Below, piece after piece: positions 33,006-43,136 of a DNA stretch of 64,000 bases. Numbering within the stretch: position 1 is the first letter of the stretch; every line of letters starts with the position of its first letter. Both the position numbers and the translations under genes were made by a program. Below the pieces are notes generated by a model that saw only the letters and a list, made by a program, of their open reading frames with translations, did not search any database and was not told where the DNA came from. Origin of the DNA: a virus (lineage: Duplodnaviria > Caudoviricetes); the IMG/VR virus record IMGVR_UViG_3300017933_000003, positions 15,653 to 79,652 of that record, one strand, 5' to 3'.

Positions 33006-33757
33006 ATAAGCGGAATTAGTTCAGCAGTAGAATGCAACATTGCCAATGTTGATGTGATGGGGGCAGCACCCATATTCCGCTCCAATTTTTCAGAGATAAT
33101 GCTCTTAATTATATCGAAATACTTTTTTGAAGATTTTTCCTTGAAGTAATTTTCACGAGACACATCAATAATAACAAGTTCAATTCCTCTTTCGATGCAG
33201 GCTTGAAACTTTCTGTTGTCATTGTTTTGAATAGATGCTAACTTTTCTACACCATATATTGGTTCATAATGGAAGATACCGTTCAATTCAAAAGCAAGAT
33301 TAAGAGAGGGAACATAAATATCGAGTTCGGCATTGATAACTTCTTTGCTGTTAAAAAGTATTTTAAGATTGGGTAATTGACTAGTTAGTTGTATTTCTAA
33401 CCAAGCCTCCAATTTAGAACGCCTATTTCCTTTTATTTTATGTGTATTATTATATTTTGCCGCGCAGCTTCGTGAGCAAAAATGATTTGGAGAGTTTTTA
33501 ATTTGATTAGGAAGTTTTTCAAACATTATTTTACACTGTAAACACTCTACTTTTTGTTTAGTAATTGCTGCCTGCGCAGCACATTTATGAGAACAATAAA
33601 TTATCTTCTCGTGATTATGTTCACCAAACTTACTTTGTATTACATTCTTGGGGCGAGTAAAAGAAATGTGGCATTGTGGGCATTCTAAAGTGACGATAGT
33701 GCCAGATTGTAGTGAGTTGATATAAGTCATGAACTCGGGAGTATTGATGGGTAGCAT
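32990..33757 (-). CDS. zinc-finger plus DUF559/PD-(D/E)XK-like endonuclease
   Basis: paralog of 22615-23331: RRSKLE...ELDIYVPSLNLAFELNGIFHY. Confidence 0.8.
   Translation of the reverse strand: MLPINTPEFMTYINSLQSGTIVTLECPQCHISFTRPKNVIQSKFGEHNHEKIIYCSHKCAAQAAITKQKVECLQCKIMFEKLPNQIKNSPNHFCSRSCAAKYNNTHKIKGNRRSKLEAWLEIQLTSQLPNLKILFNSKEVINAELDIYVPSLNLAFELNGIFHYEPIYGVEKLASIQNNDNRKFQACIERGIELVIIDVSRENYFKEKSSKKYFDIIKSIISEKLERNMGAAPITSTLAMLHSTAELIPLIDDKN
33010..33084 (+). tRNA. tRNA-Gly(GCC)
   Basis: GCGGAAT/ATTCCGC + TCCA; CAACA-TTGCCAA-TGTTG; T loop GGCAGCA. Confidence 0.9.
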
Positions 33758-33830
33758 AATAGAGATATATCATCATATTAGTAGAAATTAGATTTTCTAT
33801 TCCTAGTGTCCGCTCCATTTTATATTATAA

Positions 33831-34247
33831 ATGTTTAAGTTAGTTAGACAGCAACACAATAATGGTTGTGTGCCGGCTGCCATTGCCACTATTACTGGAA
33901 TTCCGTATCAGGATGCATTGAAGGCAGTTTATCATGCCAAAAGACCCAAAGAATGGGATCACCATGGCACTAAACACAAAGACATGCTGCGCGCCTTAGA
34001 TCGTCTTGGTTTGAAATATCGAGAACGATATTATTTAGTTCCTTTCTCTCAATTACGTAGTAACGCCATTATTATAGTAGAACACTCCATTTATGGACCG
34101 CCAGGTCATCGCTCTCATGTGGTGGTATGGGATTATGAACAGCAACGTATTTTAGATCCTTATCCTTCACCCACGCGCCATATGAAGCGCCACTTGCCAC
34201 AAACTTCTTATCAAAAGGCAGCCCAATTTATTATAGATGTGAAATAA
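33831..34247 (+). CDS. peptidase C39-like protein
   Basis: QQHNNGCVPAA (Q..C) and HVVVWD. Confidence 0.65.
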   Translation: MFKLVRQQHNNGCVPAAIATITGIPYQDALKAVYHAKRPKEWDHHGTKHKDMLRALDRLGLKYRERYYLVPFSQLRSNAIIIVEHSIYGPPGHRSHVVVWDYEQQRILDPYPSPTRHMKRHLPQTSYQKAAQFIIDVK

Positions 34248-34248
34248 A

Positions 34249-34278
34249 AACCTCGACCTCCATAAGAAAGTCGAGGTT
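34249..34278. terminator. bidirectional terminator-like hairpin
   Basis: AACCTCGAC/GTCGAGGTT between convergent genes. Confidence 0.6.
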
Positions 34279-34298
34279 AATATTTTTAGTTTCTATTA

Positions 34299-35024
34299 TT
34301 ATTTGGAAGTTCGACTACCGCGTGAAAAATCTTTTTTCTTGGTGTCGCGTCTCCACTGGGGCATTGCTTCTCCAAAGATTTGTGTTTCTGTTCCAGGACC
34401 ACCAGTTCGTTGAATAGCATATCCTCCAGGAAGAATGGTGAATGGAGCCTTCAAGCTATTGAGATAGTTAAGTGGAGCATTTTGAGGCAAAGAAGCATAA
34501 GGATTAAAGAAGTTTGGGAAAACGAAATCGCTGACCGAAACATTCACTCCATTGACCATAATACCATATCCAACTTGTTCCACCGGATCGCACATTTCTT
34601 GACACCAAGAAGTTGTTCCATTATCACAAAATACATTGGTAAATCGATCCATGAAGGTTTCTAATACCTCATGACTCAAAGTGGCAGACACAGTATACTG
34701 TCCGGGATTAGCGGGATTGAAGTTTAGGACTGCTCCACCGTTAGTCAAAATGGGTTGACACATGATGTATCCGTCAATTTTGCCACTAGTTTCTTCTTGA
34801 TGGAAACCTAAAGCACCGGCTACTTGAGCATCGCTATCTATGATATGAATCAACCAAGCATATCCAGGAACTGTGTTTTTGTTTGGATAGAATTTAATTG
34901 GTATGGATTTCTGATTCCATGCGGGCGCGAAATGAAGATCTAACTGAATCTGAATGGCTTGACACATAGTATTAACTTGATCATTAGTTACCATAGTAGA
35001 TTCGTTGATAACGGCAATTAACAT
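34299..35024 (-). CDS. putative zinc metallopeptidase-like protein
   Basis: LGFH and SHEVLE (HExxE) motifs, EMCDPVE. Confidence 0.55.
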   Translation of the reverse strand: MLIAVINESTMVTNDQVNTMCQAIQIQLDLHFAPAWNQKSIPIKFYPNKNTVPGYAWLIHIIDSDAQVAGALGFHQEETSGKIDGYIMCQPILTNGGAVLNFNPANPGQYTVSATLSHEVLETFMDRFTNVFCDNGTTSWCQEMCDPVEQVGYGIMVNGVNVSVSDFVFPNFFNPYASLPQNAPLNYLNSLKAPFTILPGGYAIQRTGGPGTETQIFGEAMPQWRRDTKKKDFSRGSRTSK

Positions 35025-35173
35025 ATTGTCCTCCTAGCAATTATTTCTTAAACATATGATCTATTATGAGTAGTAGTGGATAAATACTTTTCTCGAACGA
35101 GATGTGGTCGGGAGAGTTATATGAGAGAGGGTTGCGCAAGTGTCGGGAGCCTTTATGAAAAATTGGACACCCC

Positions 35174-35202
35174 TTGACATTCAATTTTCTAAGATTTACC
35201 TT
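35174..35202 (+). promoter_or_regulatory. sigma70-like promoter of tsf
   Basis: TTGACA-17 nt-TACCTT, AGGAGG SD downstream. Confidence 0.65.
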
Positions 35203-35224
35203 ATACTACTAGGAGGAAACTATT

Positions 35225-36136
35225 ATGAGCAACACCGATCTGATCAAAGAGCTGCGTGCGTTGACCCAAGCTGGTATGAAGGACTGCAAAGAAGCTTTAG
35301 AGGAAGCCGGATGGGACCTACAGAAAGCTGTAGATATCGTCAAGGTCAAGGGACTCAATATTGCAGATGGTCGTAGTGGTCGTGTTGCTTCTGAAGGTCG
35401 TGTAGTCATTGTAGATAATGGTAAGGGTAAATGGGCTACTATGGTAGAAGTTAATTGCCAAACCGACTTCGTAGCTAATAGCGAAGGTTTCATTGCTTTT
35501 GCTAATGATGTTGCTGTTGGCGTAGCTCAAGTAATGTTTGCATGTTCGGATCCTAGCAAATTTGATGTAGGAGCTTTTGAAGACGCTCGTAAGGCTGTTG
35601 TTGCCTCTACTAAAGAGAATGTGGTGGTTCGTCGATGGTGGGGAGAAGAATCTTTGGACCCTTCTGTGAGGGTATTCTCTTACACTCACTCCAATAATAA
35701 ACTAGGAGTTTTGTTGAGTCTAAAAGCTCCAAGTGAAATGGCAGCGCATCATGAAGATTTCATTAAGTTGGGCGAGGAACTAGCGATGCAGGTTGCTGCT
35801 ATGAACCCGCTAGCCGTTTCTGTGGATCGTTTGGCTCCAGAGGAAGTCGCTCGTCAGAAGACTATTTTCGAGACACAGCTTCAAGAAATGAACAAGCCAC
35901 AAGCTGCTTGGCCCAAGATTATGGAAGGCAAAATGCGCAAGTGGAACACTGAGGTATGCCTTTTGGAACAGGAGTCGGTGGTTGTTCCTAAGACTACCGT
36001 TGAACAAGTTATAAAGAGTGTTAGTGCCAAAGTTGGTGGCGAAATTACCATTGTGAATTTCGTGCGCTGCCAAGTCGGTGAAGGTATCGACAAGAAACAA
36101 GACAACCTCGCTGAGGAAGTCGCTAAGATGATGTAA
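35225..36136 (+). CDS. tsf: translation elongation factor Ts
   Basis: IKELRALTQAGMKDCKEAL, EVNCQTDFVA, LAMQVAAMNP, FVRCQVGEG. Confidence 0.97.
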   Translation: MSNTDLIKELRALTQAGMKDCKEALEEAGWDLQKAVDIVKVKGLNIADGRSGRVASEGRVVIVDNGKGKWATMVEVNCQTDFVANSEGFIAFANDVAVGVAQVMFACSDPSKFDVGAFEDARKAVVASTKENVVVRRWWGEESLDPSVRVFSYTHSNNKLGVLLSLKAPSEMAAHHEDFIKLGEELAMQVAAMNPLAVSVDRLAPEEVARQKTIFETQLQEMNKPQAAWPKIMEGKMRKWNTEVCLLEQESVVVPKTTVEQVIKSVSAKVGGEITIVNFVRCQVGEGIDKKQDNLAEEVAKMM

Positions 36137-36144
36137 GGTGTAAA

Positions 36145-36429
36145 ATGGATACTCAAATTTTATTAGACAAGTTAACAAAGGCTGTATCTTTTCAGTTCAA
36201 AGATGATAAGACTTCTCCTGGCGTGACCGTCTCCGCCCTCAAAAAGGGTTATTACTGCTCCGTGGTTCGCTATACTGGCGCTATCGCTAAGGGCAAAATA
36301 GTAGTGTGTTCAGCTCGTGGCGATACTCTTGACCAAGCTTTACAGGGCGCGGCTAAGGAGTTTCTAACTAAGATTAATATGCAGCCCGATCCTGTTCAGC
36401 AGTTGGATACCTTGGTGCGGAGCTCCTAA
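36145..36429 (+). CDS. hypothetical protein
   Basis: ORF track. Confidence 0.7.
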   Translation: MDTQILLDKLTKAVSFQFKDDKTSPGVTVSALKKGYYCSVVRYTGAIAKGKIVVCSARGDTLDQALQGAAKEFLTKINMQPDPVQQLDTLVRSS

Positions 36430-36797
36430 TGAATCGTGAAGACCTTCTTAGAGAGATGCGAACCAGTATTGGAACCCAGGCACCCCTCGTCTTTTTCGAG
36501 AAAATGACAGATCTATTAGGGCTATTGTTTGATCGTATTGATGAGTTGGAAGAAACCGTGAGTCAGCTTAAAACCCGCAGTGCTTTATCCATTCAGTGGG
36601 AGCCTAAGGTGGCGTCTGATATGCTCGCTAAAGAAATTGAGAAGCTTAAAACAGCCGATCGAGACACCTATGCTCTTGAGATTGCCACTCTTCGTCGAGC
36701 CTATGCTGAAAATATAATAACCCAAGAATATGTCGATTTCTGTCGTTTCTGGCAAGACAATTTAGGCTATCATCCTTTCTTGGATTACGACCGATGA
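36429..36797 (+). CDS. hypothetical protein
   Basis: translationally coupled ORF. Confidence 0.7.
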   Translation: MNREDLLREMRTSIGTQAPLVFFEKMTDLLGLLFDRIDELEETVSQLKTRSALSIQWEPKVASDMLAKEIEKLKTADRDTYALEIATLRRAYAENIITQEYVDFCRFWQDNLGYHPFLDYDR

Positions 36798-37081
36798 ATG
36801 CGTTGGCAGCTTTCAAACGAGCCCTCTTCTACATATCGAGTGTGTGTTCTTCACGAACGCTCAACAAACCTGGTGCAATTATCGAAAGACTATCTGACAA
36901 TGACCGTCTGGAATTGAGAAAGCTCAAATCATCCGATATCGATGGTAGCGTCGAAAGAATAGACGACTTGAAGTATTTTGTTGGTTCAGACGAGTATTAT
37001 CGGAATAAAGAGTTTGAGAAGGATTGTTTAGAGTTCGATAAAAAAATCGCAAAAGGGATTCCTACACCAAAGAAATACTAA
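36794..37081 (+). CDS. hypothetical protein
   Basis: translationally coupled ORF. Confidence 0.65.
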   Translation: MNALAAFKRALFYISSVCSSRTLNKPGAIIERLSDNDRLELRKLKSSDIDGSVERIDDLKYFVGSDEYYRNKEFEKDCLEFDKKIAKGIPTPKKY

Positions 37082-37246
37082 TGAACTTATTTGGACGTGT
37101 TAAGGTTAAAGAAACTCTTAGAATCTCTAAAAAAGATTTGTATAAGCTATTGGATGAGAATCGACACATGCAAAGACAAATTGCAGAATTACAAGCCGAT
37201 AACACCAGGCTACTTTTGGAAAATCGAGAACTAAGGAATGTAACTC

Positions 37247-37480
37247 ATGGATAATGATTTGGAGGCGATGACTCTCGAAGAGCTCAAGGTAGAAATCAAA
37301 AAACTTCGAGCCGGAATTAGACAGCATCGTGACGCCTCGATGCACGATCTTTGTTGGTATGTCCCTGAATTGTGGAACTTATTGCCCGAGAAGGTCGAGC
37401 CGCAGCCCCAAGTTCCGCCGACTGAAGAGTTCTTACAGTGCTGTCAGATTTATCGTAAATCTTTGGACAAAAAAGTATAG
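37247..37480 (+). CDS. hypothetical protein
   Basis: ORF track; LCWYVPELW motif. Confidence 0.7.
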   Translation: MDNDLEAMTLEELKVEIKKLRAGIRQHRDASMHDLCWYVPELWNLLPEKVEPQPQVPPTEEFLQCCQIYRKSLDKKV

Positions 37481-37506
37481 CAATCCTAGGTATATAGTTA
37501 GTATAC

Positions 37507-37581
37507 TCAGGGTTCGACTAATGGTAGGTCGTCATTTTCCGAAGATGCAAAATGTGGGTTCGAATCCCACACCCTGAACAA
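37507..37581 (+). tRNA. tRNA-Arg(CCG)
   Basis: TCAGGGT/ACCCTGA; TTCCGAA loop; GTGGG-TTCGAAT-CCCAC; no encoded CCA. Confidence 0.85.
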
Positions 37582-37621
37582 AATTAACTTTTAATGTATA
37601 TGGATAACGAAGCATTAATGT

Positions 37622-38533
37622 ATGGCTAAGAAAATTATAATTTTAGATGAAGAAAAATTTGAAATTAAAAGTTTGTATCAACAAGGTTTAACGATTAAAG
37701 AAATTGCCTCTCAATTTGGAATTGAAAAGAGGAATATTTCTAAAATTCTTAAAGGGTTAACGAAAACTGGTCGATTCGTAGGAATGACTGTAAATGATAT
37801 TTTTACAGAAAACTCTACCTACAATAGAACCAATCTAAGAACAAGAGTTTTAAAAGAAAAATTAATTGATTATGTGTGCGCTATTTGTAATATTAATGGA
37901 TATTGGAATAATAAAGAACTTAAACTTCAAATTGATCATATCAATGGTATCGCCACAGATAATAGAATCAACAATTTAAGATTTTTGTGTCCAAATTGTC
38001 ATTCACAGACTGAAACTTTTGGTACTAAAAATAGTGCCACAAATAAAAAGAATAAAATATTTGAGTTTCCTCTTGCCGAATTAAAACTAATTATTAGATC
38101 CTCAAAGAGTTTTAGCGAAATAGTTAAAAATATAGGTATGCCAGTTCATGGGGATTGTTTTAGATATCTTAAACAAGTTATAGTAGAAAATAACATAGAT
38201 ATTTCTCATATAACTATGCGATATCAAACGCAAAGAAATAAAAATTATGATATCCCAACAGATCAATTGTTAGTAGCAGATTCAACATATCATTCAAAAA
38301 CAGTTAAAGATAGAATAATCAAAGAACATTTATTATTTAATAAATGTTCTTTATGTGGTCTTGTCCCATGGTGGAATAATAAAGAATTAATTTTGCAGCT
38401 TGATCATATAAACGGCAAAAACAATGATCATAGGTTGGAGAACTTACGATTGTTATGTTATAATTGTCATTCTCAAACCGATACATTTATGCTTGGAGCG
38501 CGTCGTTTGGCAGCCAAAAAAAATGATATTTAA
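37622..38533 (+). CDS. double-HNH homing endonuclease
   Basis: two LQ(I/L)DHING...NLR.LC.NCHSQT repeats, N-terminal HTH. Confidence 0.9.
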   Translation: MAKKIIILDEEKFEIKSLYQQGLTIKEIASQFGIEKRNISKILKGLTKTGRFVGMTVNDIFTENSTYNRTNLRTRVLKEKLIDYVCAICNINGYWNNKELKLQIDHINGIATDNRINNLRFLCPNCHSQTETFGTKNSATNKKNKIFEFPLAELKLIIRSSKSFSEIVKNIGMPVHGDCFRYLKQVIVENNIDISHITMRYQTQRNKNYDIPTDQLLVADSTYHSKTVKDRIIKEHLLFNKCSLCGLVPWWNNKELILQLDHINGKNNDHRLENLRLLCYNCHSQTDTFMLGARRLAAKKNDI

Positions 38534-38933
38534 ATCAATTGGTAAAGTTGTTTATTCGCCAAGAACTCATCTTGCCTCAAGTGAGAATTGGGCGGCAGTT
38601 TTATGTGATGACAATATGTCTGCCTATTACAGGCATTTATATGAGATGGAATATCCATATCTTAATGGTGGACGAAGCATTAAATTAACACGTCCGATCT
38701 GGGGCGCTCATATCAGTTTTATTCGAGGATTTGAGAAATATAATCCCAAACTATGGCGTATGGATGAAGGCAAACTAATTGAGTTTGAGTACGAAGGCGG
38801 CGTTATAGACAACGGCGAATACTACTGGCTTAAGGTTCATTGCTCCTATTTAGGAGATCTTCGGGAGAAGCTAGGACTTCGTCGTGAACCTAGGTTTGGA
38901 TTTCATCTTACTATCGGAAGAACCACAGAATAA
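38523..38933 (+). CDS. 2H phosphoesterase superfamily protein
   Basis: paired motifs GAHISF and FHLTIG. Confidence 0.75.
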   Translation: MIFKSIGKVVYSPRTHLASSENWAAVLCDDNMSAYYRHLYEMEYPYLNGGRSIKLTRPIWGAHISFIRGFEKYNPKLWRMDEGKLIEFEYEGGVIDNGEYYWLKVHCSYLGDLREKLGLRREPRFGFHLTIGRTTE

Positions 38934-38935
38934 CA

Positions 38936-39604
38936 ATGTTAGACTACAACGCATTCAATCTTTATTTAATTCGTCATGGACAATCCGTCGTAAATGTTCT
39001 TCCTGATCAAATGGGTCAATCTCCTGATGTTCCTCTCACTGATCGTGGCAGAGAACAAGCTAATTTATTGAAGCAGCGATTTATGAAAGAGGGTACCGCT
39101 TTTCTTCATGTCTTTTCTTCTCATTACACGCGCGCCTTAGACACCGCCAAGATCGTGACTCATCCTCATGAAGACATAATTCAAATTCATCAAGACTTGC
39201 GAGAATATAGCGCGGGTAATTGGGAAGGATCCAAGCGTAGCGAAATTCTAACGCCTCAAACCGTAATGCGTATGGGCTATATGACCAATGCGTTTCAACC
39301 GTCTGGTGGCGAATCTATGAACCAAGTAGAGCGCCGCGTATCTCAATGGATGGAAGAGGAAATCCTTTACAATCCATTAATTCAACATGAGGCTACTGTC
39401 CTTCGTGACCGCGGTTTTTCTAAAATGAACATCGCTATCTTTAGTCACGGTATGACTATCAAGTGCTTACTACATCACATTATGGGCTTCGATAAGAGTT
39501 TTACGTGGAAGCTTACCTTAGAGAATACTTCGATTAGTAAGTTAGTCTTTGGAGAGGAAGGGTGGAGATTGATTACGATTAATGACCATGCTCATTTACT
39601 ATAG
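38936..39604 (+). CDS. histidine phosphatase (phosphoglycerate mutase family)
   Basis: LIRHGQS, RALDTA, LRE, GGES, FSHG, INDHAHL. Confidence 0.92.
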   Translation: MLDYNAFNLYLIRHGQSVVNVLPDQMGQSPDVPLTDRGREQANLLKQRFMKEGTAFLHVFSSHYTRALDTAKIVTHPHEDIIQIHQDLREYSAGNWEGSKRSEILTPQTVMRMGYMTNAFQPSGGESMNQVERRVSQWMEEEILYNPLIQHEATVLRDRGFSKMNIAIFSHGMTIKCLLHHIMGFDKSFTWKLTLENTSISKLVFGEEGWRLITINDHAHLL

Positions 39605-39612
39605 GAGTTTGA

Positions 39613-40131
39613 ATGGGTGCTCAAGAGAGAAAAAGGCAGAAACGCATTCGAGAATATGTCATCAATCGAGATGGTTCATTATGCTGTTACTGTGATAAAG
39701 TTCTTACTGATGAAACAGTGACTTTAGAACATATCGTACCTGATAGTAAGAGGGGAACATTTAACACTACTAATTTAACTATAGCTTGCGCAGAATGCAA
39801 CAATCGTCGAGGTAACAAACCATTCTTTGAGTATTGTAAGCAATTTAGTTGGGGTGAAGAAAAATTAGGTAAGTACAAAAGATTGTACTTCAATAATTTA
39901 AGAATCAAAGTTCTTAATATAGCTAAAGAAGAATGTCTGCAAGATGATGAAGTGGTTCCATATATCATCATCAAAAAGGCTTGTCATGTTTTAAAAATCA
40001 AAAGCATGGACTTTTCGGACTATGAAAAGATGTATCAGTTCGAGATTAGGTTTGACGAGGCGTGTGATCGTAAAAAGATCAAGTATTGCTTTGAGCAATT
40101 AATTCGAATTATCGAAGCAGATAGCGAGTGA
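39613..40131 (+). CDS. HNH endonuclease
   Basis: RDGSLCCYC...TLEHIVP...NLTIACAECNNRRG. Confidence 0.85.
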   Translation: MGAQERKRQKRIREYVINRDGSLCCYCDKVLTDETVTLEHIVPDSKRGTFNTTNLTIACAECNNRRGNKPFFEYCKQFSWGEEKLGKYKRLYFNNLRIKVLNIAKEECLQDDEVVPYIIIKKACHVLKIKSMDFSDYEKMYQFEIRFDEACDRKKIKYCFEQLIRIIEADSE

Positions 40132-40155
40132 TATATCTACTGCAAGGAGTTTATT

Positions 40156-40446
40156 ATGAAAATATTTCCAATTAGAGATCAAGTGGTTGTGACGAAAGAA
40201 AAGGATGAAGAAAAGAAGTCTCCTGGTGGTATTATTCAGGTTATTGTTAGTAGTCCTAAACATGTGTCTGGTACGGTAGTTGCGGTCGGTTCAGGACGTG
40301 TTACTATGAGTGGTAATATTGTCCCTTTGGAGTTACAGCTCGGCGACCAGGTGTTGTTCAATCCCAACATGGCAACTGAGGTAACTGATGATACCGGCAC
40401 TTTCTTTGTGATTAGGGAAGATGCTGTTCTTTCTACATTACGATAA
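40156..40446 (+). CDS. groES: co-chaperonin GroES
   Basis: PIRDQVVV, SPGGII, GTVVAVGSG, GDQVLF, IREDAVL. Confidence 0.9.
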   Translation: MKIFPIRDQVVVTKEKDEEKKSPGGIIQVIVSSPKHVSGTVVAVGSGRVTMSGNIVPLELQLGDQVLFNPNMATEVTDDTGTFFVIREDAVLSTLR

Positions 40447-40494
40447 TGGCAAGAACAGTAGTCAATAAGTATTATATTCTACGCATAATCTAGT

Positions 40495-41265
40495 ATGACT
40501 TTAGAGGGATATAATATGCAAAGAATTAAATGTGCAGACTGCAAAACAACATCCGCTAAAAAATATGTAAGAGGATATTGTATTATTTGCTATAACAGGC
40601 TGTTAAAAAACGGTGCCTTATCTAAAATAGACAAGAATATACCAAAAATTATTACTAACCATCAATTACAGATTATAAATGGTTTAATGTTGGGCGATGG
40701 TCATCTTGAAAGAAGATCGCCTACTCATAATACTATATTGCGAGTGGAACGCTCAATTAAAGATGAGGATTATTTACGAGATAATTATAAATCATTTGAG
40801 GATTTCTGTGCATCCTCGCCGCGATTCCGAAAGAAAAATGGTGTACTGAGATTTATTAATTTTGCCACTCGAAGTGTTCCTGTATTTAACCATTTACATG
40901 ATAAATGGTATAACAAAAAAACAAAGATTGTTCCTAGTGATATTAATTTAACTCCACTAACCTGTGCTATTTGGTTTTGTGATGATGGTTTCTTTCACAG
41001 GGCACGAGGTTATCTGCTAATGAAACTATGCACACACTCTTTCACTTTTGATGAAGTAGAAAGATTGGCAAATATTTTATCCAATAAATTATGTTGTCAT
41101 TTTAGTCCGATTGCAATGCATAAGGATGAATCCACATATTACACTATAAATGGTGCAGGTCCGGCAGCTCGTAATTTTTATGATTACATACAAGAATGTT
41201 TTCCACTATCAATGTCAAGAAAAATAGATAATTTTAACATTCATAAGATATGCGTCAAATATTGA
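40495..41265 (+). CDS. LAGLIDADG homing endonuclease
   Basis: INGLMLGDGHL, AIWFCDDG. Confidence 0.9.
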   Translation: MTLEGYNMQRIKCADCKTTSAKKYVRGYCIICYNRLLKNGALSKIDKNIPKIITNHQLQIINGLMLGDGHLERRSPTHNTILRVERSIKDEDYLRDNYKSFEDFCASSPRFRKKNGVLRFINFATRSVPVFNHLHDKWYNKKTKIVPSDINLTPLTCAIWFCDDGFFHRARGYLLMKLCTHSFTFDEVERLANILSNKLCCHFSPIAMHKDESTYYTINGAGPAARNFYDYIQECFPLSMSRKIDNFNIHKICVKY

Positions 41266-41371
41266 TATGCCCGTCATGTTTAAAATCAAGTCAAGAGCTT
41301 GGTTGGAGAAGTTGAGAGAATATTGTAAGGGCGATGAAAGATTGTTTGAAAGGCTATCTTAAAAGGATACT

Positions 41372-42544
41372 ATGAGTAAGAAAATTAATTGGTCAGAGTT
41401 GACGCGACAATATTATACCAAGGTAGGAGAGCATTTTGACTTCTCACCTATGCGTATTGGTGGCGCTACGCTGACAGAAAATATCCTTCAAGAAGCTAAA
41501 GGAAATCTTTCCGAAATGGAAATATCCGGCTCCATTGAAGAAGATGAAAAGGATGAAGACGGTTTACGCTATTTACAAAAAATAGAAAAATTAGGTGGGC
41601 GTTTGCTTCATAAGTGGATGGGCAATAATTTTTCTACGGCAACCTTTTTGTTCGATCATGGCATTGTTCGAATTGAAGTCAGTATTAATTTTCTTAAGGC
41701 TCATGCCATCTCGACTGATGAAAAGTTTGTCACCAAGTTACAAAAAGAGATTTCTTCTGAGTTTTTGCCAGACATACAAGAAGGGCATATTTTTGCTATT
41801 GTACGCCAAGGTCAAAATCTTAACATTAGTTCTATTGGTAATGCTTCAGTTCCTTTGGTAGTTGGCAATTATACTAAAACAGTATTAACAGACTACAAGT
41901 ATGCGATTAAAGACTTAAAGACGGCAAATCCATCGGGTCGTATTGTCATTATGGAAGGGGAGCCGGGAACGGGTAAAACTCATTTAATTCGTGCTTTATT
42001 GACCGAAGTGCTAGATGCAATGTTTGTGTTAATTTCACCAGAAATGGTACCTTCTTTAGCGGGTCCAGATCTTCTACCGTTACTGTTACAAAATAAACAA
42101 GCTTATGCTTTGAATGGTCCCATCGTTTTGGTATTGGAAGATGCAGATCGTTGTCTAATAACTCGCGGAGGTGACAATATTAACTCTATTCAATCATTAC
42201 TGAACTTAGGAGATGGTATTGTAGGTTCTCTATTAGATCTTCGTATCGTAGCCACTACCAACGCTAAAAAATTGGAAATGGAAGCCGCTATCTTGCGTCC
42301 GGGTCGCCTTAGTAAACGTATGGAAGTTGGTCCTTTGGACTTTAACACGGCTCGCGGTGTCTTCAAGAGGCTACTACCAGAAACAGCTTATCCTGATAAA
42401 TTACTAGTAGAACCGCACCTGGATGTTTTCAAAATGACTTTAGCGGAAGTGTATTCCTTAGCTCGTACTCACGGTTGGGAACCAGCAGTACGTGTAGCCA
42501 AAAAGAAAAACCTTCAGAAAAATTCAGCGTATTGGGATGATTGA
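41372..42544 (+). CDS. AAA+ ATPase
   Basis: GEPGTGKT, LVLEDAD, ATTN, AAILRPGRL. Confidence 0.9.
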   Translation: MSKKINWSELTRQYYTKVGEHFDFSPMRIGGATLTENILQEAKGNLSEMEISGSIEEDEKDEDGLRYLQKIEKLGGRLLHKWMGNNFSTATFLFDHGIVRIEVSINFLKAHAISTDEKFVTKLQKEISSEFLPDIQEGHIFAIVRQGQNLNISSIGNASVPLVVGNYTKTVLTDYKYAIKDLKTANPSGRIVIMEGEPGTGKTHLIRALLTEVLDAMFVLISPEMVPSLAGPDLLPLLLQNKQAYALNGPIVLVLEDADRCLITRGGDNINSIQSLLNLGDGIVGSLLDLRIVATTNAKKLEMEAAILRPGRLSKRMEVGPLDFNTARGVFKRLLPETAYPDKLLVEPHLDVFKMTLAEVYSLARTHGWEPAVRVAKKKNLQKNSAYWDD

Positions 42545-42588
42545 TTAGGGCATAAATCGACAGTTTAGTAATAACTGTCGGAGGACTA

Positions 42589-42834
42589 ATGCAACAGGGT
42601 GAATTAATCGTAACCGGTACTAATAGTATTGAAATCCCGCTACATCGTTTGATATATCCTGGTGAAGTGCATGTTCATTTCAAGGATAATGGTCTGGAAC
42701 CAGTTCCTTGTGACCCGGGTAATGTTGATACGTTAGAATATGAAATCAGGAATAATTCTCTTGGCATCTTTATTCTTGTAATTAATTGGTCTGTTTCCAG
42801 TGTCCGAGAAATTAAGTGGCACGTTTCATATTGA
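42589..42834 (+). CDS. small beta-rich protein, paralog of next gene
   Basis: MQxGxLxVTG...PVPC.P...W.VS.VREI.W.V shared with 42844. Confidence 0.75.
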   Translation: MQQGELIVTGTNSIEIPLHRLIYPGEVHVHFKDNGLEPVPCDPGNVDTLEYEIRNNSLGIFILVINWSVSSVREIKWHVSY

Positions 42835-42843
42835 GGTAATATC

Positions 42844-43134
42844 ATGCAACATGGGCAATTAACAGTAACTGGAAAGGATTCAACCAGTATCTTATTATTA
42901 GGTTTTCCTCGTGATGTGAATGTTCGTTTTGTTGAAATCGATCCTGTTCCATGTAACCCTCATCATCACCACCACCACGATCATTTGCATTACAGGATAG
43001 AAAAGGTAGATGAGGATTCTAGGCATCATCATGAGCCTGGACACCACCATCATGATCGTCAATTTTACCTCTTTATTGAGTGGGAGGTGTCTGGTGTACG
43101 CGAAATTCGTTGGTCCGTCCATTTTAATAGGTAA
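42844..43134 (+). CDS. His-rich small beta-rich protein
   Basis: paralog with HHHHHHDH and HHHEPGHHHH insertions. Confidence 0.75.
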   Translation: MQHGQLTVTGKDSTSILLLGFPRDVNVRFVEIDPVPCNPHHHHHHDHLHYRIEKVDEDSRHHHEPGHHHHDRQFYLFIEWEVSGVREIRWSVHFNR

Positions 43135-43136
43135 CA

